Part shown: positions 19,291 through 29,247 of the stretch, piece after piece
Position numbering within the stretch: position 1 is the stretch's first letter
Layout: every line of letters starts with the position of its first letter
Source of the DNA: a virus
Taxonomy: Duplodnaviria > Heunggongvirae > Uroviricota > Caudoviricetes
Length of the DNA: 41,474 bases
Direction: 5' to 3' (one strand)
Virus record (IMG/VR): IMGVR_UViG_2734482774_000012
Span: 1-41,474 of that record
Program-made: the position numbers and the translations under genes
Notes under the pieces: model-generated
What the model was told of the DNA's origin: nothing
Databases searched by the model: none
Seen by the model: only the letters and a program-made list of their open reading frames with translations

Positions 19291-19365
19291 GGGTCAGTCG
19301 TATAAAGGTCATTACGGAAGGCTGTTAACCTTCTTATCGTGGTTCGAGTCCACGCTGTCCCGCCA
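19291..19365 (+). tRNA. Phage-encoded tRNA-like gene (manual fold suggests anticodon GUU, Asn)
   Basis: 75 nt ending CCA; perfect anticodon stem GAAGG/CCTTC with loop CTGTTAA; T-arm CGTGG-TTCGAGT-CCACG; acceptor stem 6/7 pairs. Isotype unverified. Confidence 0.45.
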
Positions 19366-19370
19366 AACAT

Positions 19371-19446
19371 GCTGGTTTAGCTCCAATGGTAGAGCGGTCG
19401 CCTTGTAAGCGAATGGGTAGCGGTTCAAGTCCGTTAACCAGCACCA
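19371..19446 (+). tRNA. Phage-encoded tRNA-like gene (manual fold suggests anticodon UGU, Thr)
   Basis: 76 nt; perfect 7-bp acceptor stem GCTGGTT/AACCAGC, D-arm GCTC-CAATGGTA-GAGC, anticodon loop CTTGTAA, T-loop TTCAAGT, 3' ACCA. Confidence 0.55.
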
Positions 19447-19533
19447 TAACTGAGCCGTAGCCACTGGCCGTCCTGAATTTATCAGTGATAGTTACGCTGC
19501 GGCCTTCTACACATGACCTTCGTGAAAGCGGGT

Positions 19534-19568
19534 GGCAGGAGGTCGCGCTAACAACCTCCTGCCGTTTT
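19534..19568 (+). other. Stable hairpin upstream of the lysis genes
   Basis: GGCAGGAGGT / ACCTCCTGCC 10-bp stem with 10-nt loop followed by GTTTTGCCC; role unknown (possible late-leader terminator or processing site). Confidence 0.3.
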
Positions 19569-19688
19569 GCCCGTGCATATCGGTCACGAACAAATCTGAT
19601 TACTAAACACAGTAGCCTGGATTTGTTCTATCAGTAATCGACCTTATTCCTAATTAAATAGAGCAAATCCCCTTATTGGGGGTAAGAC

Positions 19689-20012
19689 ATGAAGATGCCA
19701 GAAAAACATGACCTGTTAGCCGCCATTCTCGCGGCAAAGGAACAAGGCATCGGGGCAATCCTTGCGTTTGCAATGGCGTACCTTCGCGGCAGATATAATG
19801 GCGGTGCGTTTACAAAAACAGTAATCGACGCAACGATGTGCGCCATTATCGCCTGGTTCATTCGTGACCTTCTCGACCTCGCCGGACTAAGTAGCAATCT
19901 CGCTTATATAACGAGCGTGTTCATCGGCTACATCGGTACTGACTCGATTGGTTCGCTTATCAAACGCTTCGCTGCTAAAAAAGCCGGAGTAGAAGATGGT
20001 GGAAATCAATAA
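19689..20012 (+). CDS. S: Holin (lambda S-type, class I, dual-start)
   Basis: [45 protein letters not shown]... nearly identical to lambda S107/S105; Met1 and Met3 both present. Confidence 0.95.
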   Translation: MKMPEKHDLLAAILAAKEQGIGAILAFAMAYLRGRYNGGAFTKTVIDATMCAIIAWFIRDLLDLAGLSSNLAYITSVFIGYIGTDSIGSLIKRFAAKKAGVEDGGNQ

Positions 20013-20472
20013 TCAACGTAAGGCGTTCCTCGATATGCTGGCGTGGTCAGAGGGAACTGATAACGGACGTCAGAAAACCAGAAATCATGGTTATGACGTT
20101 ATTGTCGGTGGTGAACTCTTCACTGATTACTCCGATCACCCTCGCAAACTTGTCACGCTAAATCCAAAACTCAAATCAACAGCAGCCGGGCGCTACCAGC
20201 TTCTTTCCCGTTGGTGGGATTCCTATCGTAAGCAGCTTGGCCTGAAAGATTTCTCTCCGAAAAGCCAGGACGCTGTGGCACTGCAACAGATTAAAGAGCG
20301 TGGCGCTTTACCGATGATTGATCGCGGTGATATTCGTCAGGCAATCGACCGTTGCAGCAATATCTGGGCTTCACTGCCGGGCGCTGGTTATGGTCAGTTC
20401 GAGCATAAGGCTGACAGCCTGATTGCAAAATTCAAAGAAGCAGGCGGAACGGTCAGAGAGATTGAGGTATGA
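19996..20472 (+). CDS. R: Endolysin (lambda R-type lytic transglycosylase)
   Basis: [51 protein letters not shown]... nearly identical to lambda R. Confidence 0.95.
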   Translation: MVEINNQRKAFLDMLAWSEGTDNGRQKTRNHGYDVIVGGELFTDYSDHPRKLVTLNPKLKSTAAGRYQLLSRWWDSYRKQLGLKDFSPKSQDAVALQQIKERGALPMIDRGDIRQAIDRCSNIWASLPGAGYGQFEHKADSLIAKFKEAGGTVREIEV

Positions 20473-20906
20473 GCAGAGTAACCGCGATTATCTCCGCTCT
20501 GGTTATCTGCATCATCGTTTGCCTGTCATGGGCTGTTAATCATTACCGTGATAACGCCATTACCTACAAAACCCAGCGCGATAAAGCCACGTACATCATC
20601 GCTGACATGCAGAAGCGTCAACGTGATGTAGCAGAACTCGACGCCAGATACACAAAGGAGCTTGCTGATGCTAACGCGACTATCGAAAGTCTCCGTGCTG
20701 ATGTTTCTGCTGGTCGTAAGCGCCTGCAAGTCGCCGCCACCTGTGCAAAGTCAACGACCGGAGCCAGCAGCATGGGCGATGGAGAAAGCCCAAGACTTAC
20801 AGCAGATGCTGAACTCAATTATTACCGTCTCCGAAGTGGAATCGACAGGATAACCGCGCAGGTTAACTACCTGCAGGAGTACATCAGGACGCAATGCCTG
20901 AAATAA
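20469..20906 (+). CDS. Rz: i-spanin Rz (145 aa)
   Basis: N-terminal [36 protein letters not shown] matches lambda Rz; C-terminal half divergent. Confidence 0.85.
   Translation: MSRVTAIISALVICIIVCLSWAVNHYRDNAITYKTQRDKATYIIADMQKRQRDVAELDARYTKELADANATIESLRADVSAGRKRLQVAATCAKSTTGASSMGDGESPRLTADAELNYYRLRSGIDRITAQVNYLQEYIRTQCLK
20668..20853 (+). CDS. Rz1: o-spanin lipoprotein Rz1, embedded in Rz in the +1 frame
   Basis: ATG at 20668 with AGGAG RBS; lipobox LLVVSAC followed by a Pro-rich segment ([16 protein letters not shown]), as for lambda Rz1. Confidence 0.75.
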   Translation: MLTRLSKVSVLMFLLVVSACKSPPPVQSQRPEPAAWAMEKAQDLQQMLNSIITVSEVESTG

Positions 20907-20937
20907 TTTTTTTGCAAATCACAAAGTCAATTTAATG

Positions 20938-20962
20938 ATCCTCGCGATGCGGGGCTTTTTTT
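20938..20962 (+). terminator. Intrinsic terminator candidate after the lysis cassette
   Basis: Short GC-rich hairpin CCTCGC-GAT-GCGGGG followed by CTTTTTTT. Confidence 0.4.
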
Positions 20963-21111
20963 ACATCTGAATTTCACAGCGCATCTCACGCGCATATTAC
21001 ATCACCCGAGCCTTTCAGAAAGTTGAGCCTGAGAACTGCCGTATATGGTGGCGACCATCTCGGGGCGGCTTTTCTGTGAGACAGGCTCACTTTCTAAAAG
21101 GTAAAGACGCT

Positions 21112-21630
21112 ATGAATCATCAATTGGCTAATCTCGATTTCCGGGACATGGTGGTTGTTTCTGGTGATCGCGTGATCACAACCTCCCGCAAGGTAGCAGC
21201 TTACTTCGACAAGCAGCATCACCACATCATTCAGAAAATCGAAAAGCTAGACTGTTCGGATGAATTTCTAACCAGCAACTTTTCGCGGGTTACCTATGAA
21301 CACAAGGGTAATCAGTATGTTGAATATGAAATTTCCAAAGACGGCGCGATGTACATCATCATGTCGTTTACCGGCAAAAAAGCTGCCGCCATCAAAGAGG
21401 CGTTTATCAAAGCATTTAATTGGATGCGTGACAGGCTGATGGAGATGGCTCACTCATACCAAAGAGAGCACAACGAGTTAATGCTGGAGTTCATGAAGGA
21501 AAAGGATGTTGCCAGTATGTCAGGACGCTTGCTGAACCGCTGGGGCAGGATCAAAAAACCGCAACTCATAGCAAGAATCGAAAGGCTTGAGCAGCAGGCG
21601 CAAATATCGATCCCCGGACTGCCAAAGTGA
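21112..21630 (+). CDS. Rha-family phage regulatory protein
   Basis: N-terminal VITTSRKVAAYFDKQHHHIIQKIEKL resembles the phage pRha domain; start placed at the internal ATG with an RBS. Confidence 0.65.
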   Translation: MNHQLANLDFRDMVVVSGDRVITTSRKVAAYFDKQHHHIIQKIEKLDCSDEFLTSNFSRVTYEHKGNQYVEYEISKDGAMYIIMSFTGKKAAAIKEAFIKAFNWMRDRLMEMAHSYQREHNELMLEFMKEKDVASMSGRLLNRWGRIKKPQLIARIERLEQQAQISIPGLPK

Positions 21631-21913
21631 CCATTACAAAGCCCATCTACGGGTGGGCTTGATAATGAAACCGTGATTTACATCCCCACAATCCGGGTAT
21701 GTAAAAGATAGTTCAGGCGAGAACAGATTTAACTAAATCTGTGCACCACCAGTTACGGCAGTACCACGAAGCAACCCAAGCCAGTAAGTGGGGAAATAAC
21801 ACTGGCAGCCACTGAAAGATGAACCTCCTGCCTTATGGCAAAAAAGATTCTTTGTGGTGGCGGACTGATGGAAAGACATCCTAATCAAGCAACCACTCCA
21901 CAGGGTCATAATT

Positions 21914-22294
21914 ATGAACGACCAGCAAATCGAAAAAGAAATCGTTGAGAAAGGCAAAACGGCACCGCGAATCACCCCGCAGCACATCGAAGACGTGATT
22001 AAAAGCGAGCATTACTTTACTGCTTATGATGGACGAAATGGTGCCATTTCCAGCAACGAATATTGTGGCAGGGAAAAACCAGAAGAAGGCGATCGTGATT
22101 TATCACCATTGAAGTTGCTCACTTTCTGCGTACTGGTGCTGAAGAATGGCTTCACCGTCACCGGAGAGAGTGCCTGTGCAAGCCCGGAAAACTTTGATGC
22201 AGAAATTGGTCGGAAGATTTCCCGGCAAAATGCTGTAAACAAAATCTGGATGCTCGAAGGTTACTTGCTGAAGCAGAAGCTAAGCGAGAAGTAG
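21914..22294 (+). CDS. Hypothetical phage protein (126 aa), possibly Gp49-like
   Basis: ATG-initiated ORF between Rha and the terminase genes; family assignment is a weak recollection. Confidence 0.45.
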   Translation: MNDQQIEKEIVEKGKTAPRITPQHIEDVIKSEHYFTAYDGRNGAISSNEYCGREKPEEGDRDLSPLKLLTFCVLVLKNGFTVTGESACASPENFDAEIGRKISRQNAVNKIWMLEGYLLKQKLSEK

Positions 22295-22397
22295 TTATTA
22301 CAAAAGCCATTCCCTACAGAGTGGCTTTGATAATGGCTTATACCCTACACGGGATAACTTAACTGATATCCCTTTTAACGGATAAACGGAGCCAACA

Positions 22398-22640
22398 ATG
22401 GCAGAGATTATTCCCATGACTGAAGAACAGAAATTCCAGTTAGAGATTTACAAACTGGTCATGAACCAGAACGCAGCCGCGGAGGAAGCATTTCAATTCA
22501 TCGGCACTGACGAGCTGAAGCTTGAGCTATTCAAAATTCACTTCCAGTCAGGCGGCGCTAATTCAGATATCACGACCCGCACAATCGAAGCGGTGCGTAA
22601 ATCGAAGGAAGCGTTAGACCTGTTCACTACCGGAGCATAA
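22398..22640 (+). CDS. Hypothetical protein (80 aa)
   Basis: ATG-initiated ORF immediately upstream of the small terminase gene. Confidence 0.45.
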   Translation: MAEIIPMTEEQKFQLEIYKLVMNQNAAAEEAFQFIGTDELKLELFKIHFQSGGANSDITTRTIEAVRKSKEALDLFTTGA

Positions 22641-22642
22641 AC

Positions 22643-23086
22643 ATGGCGCGCCCAACAAAGTATCAAGAGGCGTATGCCGAACAGGCACGCAAACTGTGCT
22701 TGCTGGGCTATACAGACGCCGAACTCGCTGACTTCTTTGAAGTTAGCGAGGCAACAATCAACAATTGGAAATTGGAATATCCGGAGTTTTTAGAGTCCAT
22801 AAAAAAGGGTAAGGCCGTCGCTGATGCAGAAGTTAGTGATCGTCTTTATCAACGCGCTATGGGCTTCGTGGCTCCAGACATCGATATTCGTGTTATTGAA
22901 AACAGAATTGTCGAAACTCCGCTTAAGAAGTATTACCCGCCTGATACAACTGCCGCCATCTTCTGGCTCAAGAACAGACAGAAAGATAAATGGCGAGAGA
23001 AGCAGGACGTCAACCATACATCTGATGACGGCTCCATGACTCCAAAAGCTCCAGTGTATAACATTGTAAAAAGCGAGACGCAATGA
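22643..23086 (+). CDS. Terminase small subunit (147 aa)
   Basis: HTH-like N-terminus (LGYTDAELADFFEVSEATINNWK) and position immediately upstream of, and overlapping, the large terminase gene. Confidence 0.6.
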   Translation: MARPTKYQEAYAEQARKLCLLGYTDAELADFFEVSEATINNWKLEYPEFLESIKKGKAVADAEVSDRLYQRAMGFVAPDIDIRVIENRIVETPLKKYYPPDTTAAIFWLKNRQKDKWREKQDVNHTSDDGSMTPKAPVYNIVKSETQ

Positions 23087-24561
23087 CAGAGCAATGCAGC
23101 ATTCCTGAAGCGTTTGAGGAATACCTGCAGCCAGCCAGATTCAAGGTAGCTTATGGCGGGCGAGGTTCCGCCAAGACGCGAACGTTCATAACAATCCTCC
23201 TCAATAACGTCATCTATCACGGATGGAAGCTTATCTGTTTTCGTGAGTACATGAAGTCCATCAAGGAATCATGCTATGCGGAAATTGTTGAAGAGATTAA
23301 CCGCCGAAACCTCCACTCACTGGTGACTATCAATAAGACAGAGATATTTGCCAATAGCGGCGGACGTATCAGTTTCGACTTCCTGCGCCTTAACGTGGAA
23401 AATATCAAAGGTTACGCAAACTTCGATGCCGCCCTTGTAGAGGAAGCAGAAAACGTATCAAAGGACTCATGGGAAACGCTTATCCCAACGGTACGTAAAG
23501 AGTTCTACAGCGCTGAGTATGGTCGAGTGGTTGAGTCGGAAATATGGGTTGCATACAACCCGAAGAACAGACTCAGCGATACACATCAGCGCTTTGTTAC
23601 GAATCGCATATACCCCGACTATGACGAAAACGGTAATCGCTACTGCATCGTCAAGCAGATCAACTACACAGCTAATCCATGGTTCCCGGAAACTCTCCGC
23701 AGGGATATGGAGATTATGAAGAAGGCTAATCACGAGCTTTATCGGCATGTGTATCTTGGTGAACCGGTGGGGGCATCAGAAATGGCTATTATCAAGTTTG
23801 CATGGTTAGAGGCTGCAACAGACGCCCACATTAAGCTCGGATGGAAAGCTAAAGGTGCAGTGATTGCAGCGCATGACCCGTCAGACACCGGCCCAGATGC
23901 CAAAGGATATGCAGTGCGACATGGATCAGTTGTTAAGCGCGTATGTGAAGGGCTGCTCATGGATATAAACGAGGGTGCTGATTGGGCATCTTCATTGGCG
24001 GTAATCGATGATGTTGATCATTTCCTGTTTGATGGAGATGGACTTGGAGCAGGGCTTCGTCGACAGATAACAGACTATTTCAGTGGAAAGAAAGTCACCG
24101 TAACAATGTTTAAAGGTAGTGAATCGCCATTCGACGAAGATGCTCCATATCAGGCTGGGGCATGGACTGATGAAGTTGTGCAGGGTGATAACGTCCGCAC
24201 TATTGGAGATGTATTCCGAAACAAGCGAGCGCAGTTCTATTACACGCTGGCTGACAGGCTTTATCGAACATACCGGGCGGTAGAGCATGGTGAATACGCC
24301 GACCCTGATGAAATGCTTAGCTTTGACAAAGAGGCTATTGGAGAGAATATCCTCAACAAGCTATTCGCAGAGCTAACGCAGATCCAACGCAAATTCAACG
24401 GCAACGGAAAGCTTGAGCTGATGACCAAAGTCGAAATGAAGCAGAAGCTCGGTATTCCATCTCCTAACCTGGCTGATGCGCTGATGATGTGTATGCATTG
24501 CCCGGAGTCGGCTGCGAAACCCGACTATTCCAGTTACTCAATTCCTTGTGGTGTAGGTTGA
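23083..24561 (+). CDS. Terminase large subunit (492 aa)
   Basis: Walker A YGGRGSAKT near the N-terminus, ATPase plus nuclease domain size; ATGA overlap with TerS. Confidence 0.85.
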   Translation: MTEQCSIPEAFEEYLQPARFKVAYGGRGSAKTRTFITILLNNVIYHGWKLICFREYMKSIKESCYAEIVEEINRRNLHSLVTINKTEIFANSGGRISFDFLRLNVENIKGYANFDAALVEEAENVSKDSWETLIPTVRKEFYSAEYGRVVESEIWVAYNPKNRLSDTHQRFVTNRIYPDYDENGNRYCIVKQINYTANPWFPETLRRDMEIMKKANHELYRHVYLGEPVGASEMAIIKFAWLEAATDAHIKLGWKAKGAVIAAHDPSDTGPDAKGYAVRHGSVVKRVCEGLLMDINEGADWASSLAVIDDVDHFLFDGDGLGAGLRRQITDYFSGKKVTVTMFKGSESPFDEDAPYQAGAWTDEVVQGDNVRTIGDVFRNKRAQFYYTLADRLYRTYRAVEHGEYADPDEMLSFDKEAIGENILNKLFAELTQIQRKFNGNGKLELMTKVEMKQKLGIPSPNLADALMMCMHCPESAAKPDYSSYSIPCGVG

Positions 24562-24562
24562 T

Positions 24563-26761
24563 ATGGCAGAAAAAAAGATGACTGACTGGCATCGCAAGGT
24601 GCTGTGCAACTTTGATAATGCCTGGTCAGCAACGCAGGATATGCGTGAGCAGATTATTGAGGCTCAACGTTTCGTCCGGGTGTCCGGCGCACAGTGGGAA
24701 GGCAGTACAAACGCTGGTTACTCATTTGATGAGGGCAGGTTTGAGCATTACCCGCGCTTTGAACTGAATAAGATTGCCCGTGAATGTGATCGCATCATTG
24801 GCGAGTATCGACAGAATCGCATCAGCGTTAAATTCAGGCCGAAGGACGATAAGGCATCGGAAGCGTTAGCCGAAAAGATGAACGGCAAATTCCGCGCTGA
24901 TTATCAGGAAACATCCGGTGGCGAAGCGTGTGATAACGCATTTGATGATGCTGTAACGGGCGGATTTGGTTGTTTCCGCATGTGTGCCGATTACGAAGAT
25001 GAAATGGATCCGAGTAACGAGCAGCGACGCATCAGCCTTCTTCCTGTTTACGACCCAGCGACATGCGTCTTCTTCGATCAGGACAGCAAGCAATATGACC
25101 GCTCTGATGCTATGTGGGCTATGGAAATGTTCTCCATGACGCCTAAAGCGTTCGAGGATGAATACCCTGATTCCATCGCGGCAAGCCTTTCTCGTGATGA
25201 CACTGGCACTCAATATGACTGGTCAACGCCAGATGCCATCTATGTTGGTCGCTACTACGAAGTTCGCATAGAGAAGGTGAAGCTCACGGCATGGCGCAAC
25301 CCTGTTAGCGGAGAAACGGCAATCTATGATGAAGAGCAAATCAAAGATATTGTCGACGAGCTGACCGATGGTGCATTCGAACTGATTGGCGAGCGAACGG
25401 TGAAGAAGCGCCGCGTTTATTGCGGTCTTCTGTCTGGCGCTGAATGGCTGGAAGAACCGAAGCGTATTCCGGGCGAACATATTCCTCTCATTCCGGTATA
25501 TGGGCGTCGCTCATTTGTTGATAATCAGGAGCGAATCGAAGGCCACGCAGCAAAAGCGATGGATGCACAGCGTCTTGAGAACCTGATGGTTTCCATGATT
25601 GCAGATAACGCCACTCAGGCTGGCGGTGATGGCATTCCTGTAGTTGATGTTGACATGATTCCTGGTCCTCTCGCCACTCATTGGGCGGAGCGCAACAAAA
25701 AGCGCCCGGCGTTCCTGCCGATGGTCAGTCTGAAAAACAAAAACGGAGATATTACTGCGCAGGCTCAGGTCAGCAGTTATACGCCTCCGACACAAATGCC
25801 TCCAGCTCTTGCCGGGCTATTGCAGTACACCGGAACGGCTATTCAGCAAATTACAGGTGCGTCGCAGCTTGAGAACATGCCGAGCAACGTCGCCACCGAT
25901 ACCGTTGATAGCATTTTTAACCGGATGGACACGCAGTCCTATATCTACATGGACAACATGGCTAAATCCATGCGCCGTGCTGGCGTCGTGTGGCTTTCTA
26001 TGGCTCGTGAAGTCTATGGCAGCGATACGCCAATGCGCATCGTTAATGAGGATGGCAGCGATGACGTGGCGCTGATGACTGGTGAAGTGGTTGACCGTCA
26101 GACAGGGCAGGTTATCGCGCTTAACGACCTTTCGCAGGGTAACTATGAAGTGACTGTCGATGTCGGTCAGTCGTTCGCTACTCGCCGTGATGCAACGGTT
26201 AAGTCGTTACTTTCCATGCTGGCACTTATCCCACCAGGAACGCCGAAGCACGACCTTGTATCGTCGATGATTCTCGACAATATGGACGGCGAAGGGATGG
26301 ACGACCTTAAAGAATACAACCGCAATCAGTTGCTTCTGTCTGGAGTTATCAAGCCGAGAACACCAGAAGAACAGCAGATGGTTGAGCAGGCGAAACAACA
26401 ACAGGCCAGTCAGCCAGATCCGGCTATGGTTGCAGCGCAAGGTCAGCTTCTTGCTGGTCAGGCTGAATTGCAGAAAGCGCAGAACGAACAGGCAGCCATT
26501 CAGGTTAAAGCATTCCAGGCACAGACTGATGCTCAGGTTGCAGCGGCAAATGTTGTGAAAATACTCGCATCTGCCGATAGTCAGCAGAAATCTGATATCC
26601 GCGAGGCTCTGAAACTGCTCGGACAGTTCCAGCAACAGCAAGGAGATAATGCCCGTGCTGATGCAGAGCTTGTCCTGAAAAGTCAGGCACAGGGCCATGC
26701 GCAGCGCATGGACATCAGCAGCATCCTGCAAAAATCAACTCAGCAACAACCACAGCAGTAA
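24563..26761 (+). CDS. Portal protein (P22 gp1-like, 732 aa)
   Basis: Length and several segments (…GEHIPLIPVYG…, Q/A-rich C-terminal barrel …AQGQLLAGQAELQKAQNEQ…RMDISSILQ) resemble the P22 portal. Confidence 0.9.
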   Translation: MAEKKMTDWHRKVLCNFDNAWSATQDMREQIIEAQRFVRVSGAQWEGSTNAGYSFDEGRFEHYPRFELNKIARECDRIIGEYRQNRISVKFRPKDDKASEALAEKMNGKFRADYQETSGGEACDNAFDDAVTGGFGCFRMCADYEDEMDPSNEQRRISLLPVYDPATCVFFDQDSKQYDRSDAMWAMEMFSMTPKAFEDEYPDSIAASLSRDDTGTQYDWSTPDAIYVGRYYEVRIEKVKLTAWRNPVSGETAIYDEEQIKDIVDELTDGAFELIGERTVKKRRVYCGLLSGAEWLEEPKRIPGEHIPLIPVYGRRSFVDNQERIEGHAAKAMDAQRLENLMVSMIADNATQAGGDGIPVVDVDMIPGPLATHWAERNKKRPAFLPMVSLKNKNGDITAQAQVSSYTPPTQMPPALAGLLQYTGTAIQQITGASQLENMPSNVATDTVDSIFNRMDTQSYIYMDNMAKSMRRAGVVWLSMAREVYGSDTPMRIVNEDGSDDVALMTGEVVDRQTGQVIALNDLSQGNYEVTVDVGQSFATRRDATVKSLLSMLALIPPGTPKHDLVSSMILDNMDGEGMDDLKEYNRNQLLLSGVIKPRTPEEQQMVEQAKQQQASQPDPAMVAAQGQLLAGQAELQKAQNEQAAIQVKAFQAQTDAQVAAANVVKILASADSQQKSDIREALKLLGQFQQQQGDNARADAELVLKSQAQGHAQRMDISSILQKSTQQQPQQ

Positions 26762-26851
26762 TTAACCCATAACGTGCAATGGCTGTCTTTATGAGGCCTG
26801 GCACCCTATTGCCTTCCGATGGGCTGAACATCGAGTAAACAGGGGTAACAA

Positions 26852-27745
26852 ATGGACCAGATGGCAGAAAACACACCAGAAGTTGAAATCGAAACCGACG
26901 CGTCAGAGCAGATTCCTGATGATGTCGAACTGGTTGAAGAAGTCGAAACAGAAGATGGCAGTGAGTCCTCCGGCAATGCTGCAGAGGAAGCTACTGAAAC
27001 TGATGACGACGAATCAGAACAGGAATTCTACTTTGGTGACGAAAAGCTGGATTCGCCAACCAGCGAAGATGGCGCAGAGCATGGACTGGTAAAACACCTG
27101 CGCAAGACGATTAAAGAGAAAGACCGCGAGCTGAAAGAGCTGATGCGTCAGTCTCAGAAACCCGTCGAGCAGCAGCCGGTAATCACTCAACCACCGCGAA
27201 TGCCAAAACTGGATGATGAGGACATCGGTTTCGATGAAGAAATCTATCAGCAACGCATGGCTAAGTGGGCAGACGATAACGGAAAGTACCAGCAACAGGA
27301 GATGGCTCGCAAGCAGAAGGAGCAGGAGCTTCAGGCTGCTTATCAAGAGCGATTATCCAAATATCAGCAACGTGTTAAGGCTCTCAAGGTTCCTGGCTAT
27401 CAGGAAGCAGAACAGGCCGTACTCGAGGAAATCCCCATCGAGACACAAAACGCGATCTTGTTTGAGTCAGAGAAGCCGGAAATCGTTGTTCTGGCACTCG
27501 GTCGCAACGCTGAACTGCGCAAGCAACTGGCAGAAGCTACCAACCCCGTAGCAATTGGTCGTCTGCTGGAACGTATCGAATCGAAGGCCAGAATCATGCC
27601 AAAAGCAAAAACCACGGCAGCCACAACCCCGACAGTTAAGGGGAGCAACGGCGCAGTAATCAACAACCTCGACAAACTGAAAGCCAAGGCGCTGGAAACT
27701 GGTGACTGGACGCCGTATTTCGCCGCTAAAAAGGCAAAAAAATAA
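26852..27745 (+). CDS. Scaffolding protein (P22 gp8-like)
   Basis: Acidic N-terminus, helical charged repeats and basic C-terminus (…KLKAKALETGDWTPYFAAKKAKK); sits between portal and coat. Confidence 0.7.
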   Translation: MDQMAENTPEVEIETDASEQIPDDVELVEEVETEDGSESSGNAAEEATETDDDESEQEFYFGDEKLDSPTSEDGAEHGLVKHLRKTIKEKDRELKELMRQSQKPVEQQPVITQPPRMPKLDDEDIGFDEEIYQQRMAKWADDNGKYQQQEMARKQKEQELQAAYQERLSKYQQRVKALKVPGYQEAEQAVLEEIPIETQNAILFESEKPEIVVLALGRNAELRKQLAEATNPVAIGRLLERIESKARIMPKAKTTAATTPTVKGSNGAVINNLDKLKAKALETGDWTPYFAAKKAKK

Positions 27746-27763
27746 CCTATCGGAGCATTAAGC

Positions 27764-29017
27764 ATGGCTAACCAATTAGCAAAAGACCTTGAAATCATGT
27801 TCGAAAACTACGTTGAAGGCTTTGAGGCCGCCTGCGTAGTTTCCCGTAACGCTAAAAAATTCCGTCCCGGTGATACAGCAATGCAGCGAGCAGGTGATGT
27901 TCTGTATCGTCCGCAGCATTACCACATGAACATTGAGGAAGGCCTCGATCTCAGCGGAAAAACGCCAACAGCACTGGTTCAGCGCCTTGTTCCTTCAGTG
28001 TTCAAGGAGCCGAAAAACATTCTGTACACTCTGGATGCGCGTGAAATGCGTGACCCGGAACATAAAACTGAAGCTGGTCGCGCCGCAGGTATGCGCCTTG
28101 CTGCACAGATTGACTCTGACCTGATTTCCATGGTCACACAGCGTGCTACTAACGTGATCACAATGGCTGACTCAACCACTGGTTCACAGGGCCGTGATTT
28201 GTGGAACTGTGCGGCAGGTATTGATGCCACCATGACGGCGATTGGTGTACCACAGGGTATCAACCGCCGCTCTTTCTGGAACCCCTTCAACTATAAAGAC
28301 CTTGCTGGCGAGCTTGGTCACCGTGCCTATGCTCAGGGCGCAACCCTGACAGCATACGAAAAAGCGCAGATCCCTCCGGTTGCTTCCTTTGATAGCTACA
28401 AGACCGATATTTCTGGTCGTGTTCCGAAGGGTACAGCAACTTCCATTACGCTGGCAGCAGCACCTGCGCACAAGGTTGAAGCGAAAGATGCTAACGATAT
28501 GCCAGTGGATAACCGACAGGGGACCATTACGGTATCTGCTGAAGGTTTGCAGGTTGGCGATGCGTTTACCATCGCAGGGGTGAATTCCGTACACCAGATC
28601 ACCAAAGATACCACCGGGCAGCCGCAGGTATTCCGCGTTCTGGCAGTTAGCGGAACGACAGTAACTATCTCCCCGAAAATTCTGCCGCCTGACAACGCGG
28701 ATGTCGCCAGCCGTCCATATGCAAACGTTGATGCTAATGCGGCAAGTAGCGCAGCAATTACCATTCTCAACAAAAATGCCGCACCGGCTAACCTGTTCTG
28801 GGCTGATGGTTCTGTTGAACTGATGTACGGCAAACTGGCGTTCCCGACTGGTCAGGGTCCACAGGTAATGACAGCAACCACCGAGCAGGGCGCTACGCTG
28901 ATCATGTCTTACGCCTTCGACCATATCAAAGGCGTAACCACTGCGCGTTTCACCACTCTGTACGGTTGCTCTGTACTGGTTCCTGAATATACGGGCATCG
29001 TTATTGCCGGGCAGTAA
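27764..29017 (+). CDS. Major capsid (coat) protein (P22 gp5-like, 417 aa)
   Basis: Position and length; segments resembling P22 coat (…AMQRAGDVLYRP…, …NLFWADGSVELMYGKLA…). Confidence 0.8.
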   Translation: MANQLAKDLEIMFENYVEGFEAACVVSRNAKKFRPGDTAMQRAGDVLYRPQHYHMNIEEGLDLSGKTPTALVQRLVPSVFKEPKNILYTLDAREMRDPEHKTEAGRAAGMRLAAQIDSDLISMVTQRATNVITMADSTTGSQGRDLWNCAAGIDATMTAIGVPQGINRRSFWNPFNYKDLAGELGHRAYAQGATLTAYEKAQIPPVASFDSYKTDISGRVPKGTATSITLAAAPAHKVEAKDANDMPVDNRQGTITVSAEGLQVGDAFTIAGVNSVHQITKDTTGQPQVFRVLAVSGTTVTISPKILPPDNADVASRPYANVDANAASSAAITILNKNAAPANLFWADGSVELMYGKLAFPTGQGPQVMTATTEQGATLIMSYAFDHIKGVTTARFTTLYGCSVLVPEYTGIVIAGQ

Positions 29018-29058
29018 TTTTAGTGGGGCTTCGGCCCCATTTTTATTGGGAGAAGACA

Positions 29059-29247
29059 ATGGCACGAACAATGCTCTATAAGCCGGGCAACATGATCACC
29101 TGTGGTCAGTTTGCTGTCGATTACATCATTGTTGATGACGAAGAAGTTAAATCTCACCTGAAAAAAGGCTGGGTAAAAACTCCTGAAGAAACCGCAACGA
29201 AGCAAAAAGTGGCTAAGGCGGAAGAAGATGGCGAAAACGAAGGGTGA
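29059..29247 (+). CDS. Hypothetical small protein after coat (62 aa)
   Basis: Internal ATG with GGGAGAAG RBS chosen over the longer ORF start; overlaps the next gene. Confidence 0.4.
   Translation: MARTMLYKPGNMITCGQFAVDYIIVDDEEVKSHLKKGWVKTPEETATKQKVAKAEEDGENEG

Noticed and set aside
19228-19688. Possible Shiga toxin or other cargo genes between Q and S
   Set aside because: Only tRNA-like sequences and hairpins are present; no ORF of meaningful length on either strand.
21733-21987. 84-aa minus-strand Cys-rich ORF between Rha and the next gene
   Set aside because: Antisense to the late operon, spans the intergenic hairpin element, implausible composition.
26207-26731. 174-aa minus-strand ORF inside the portal gene
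   Set aside because: Antisense to the well-supported portal gene; Leu/Cys-rich low-complexity translation.
28184-29071. 295-aa minus-strand ORF inside the coat gene
   Set aside because: Antisense to the coat gene; Cys/Arg-rich; no RBS.
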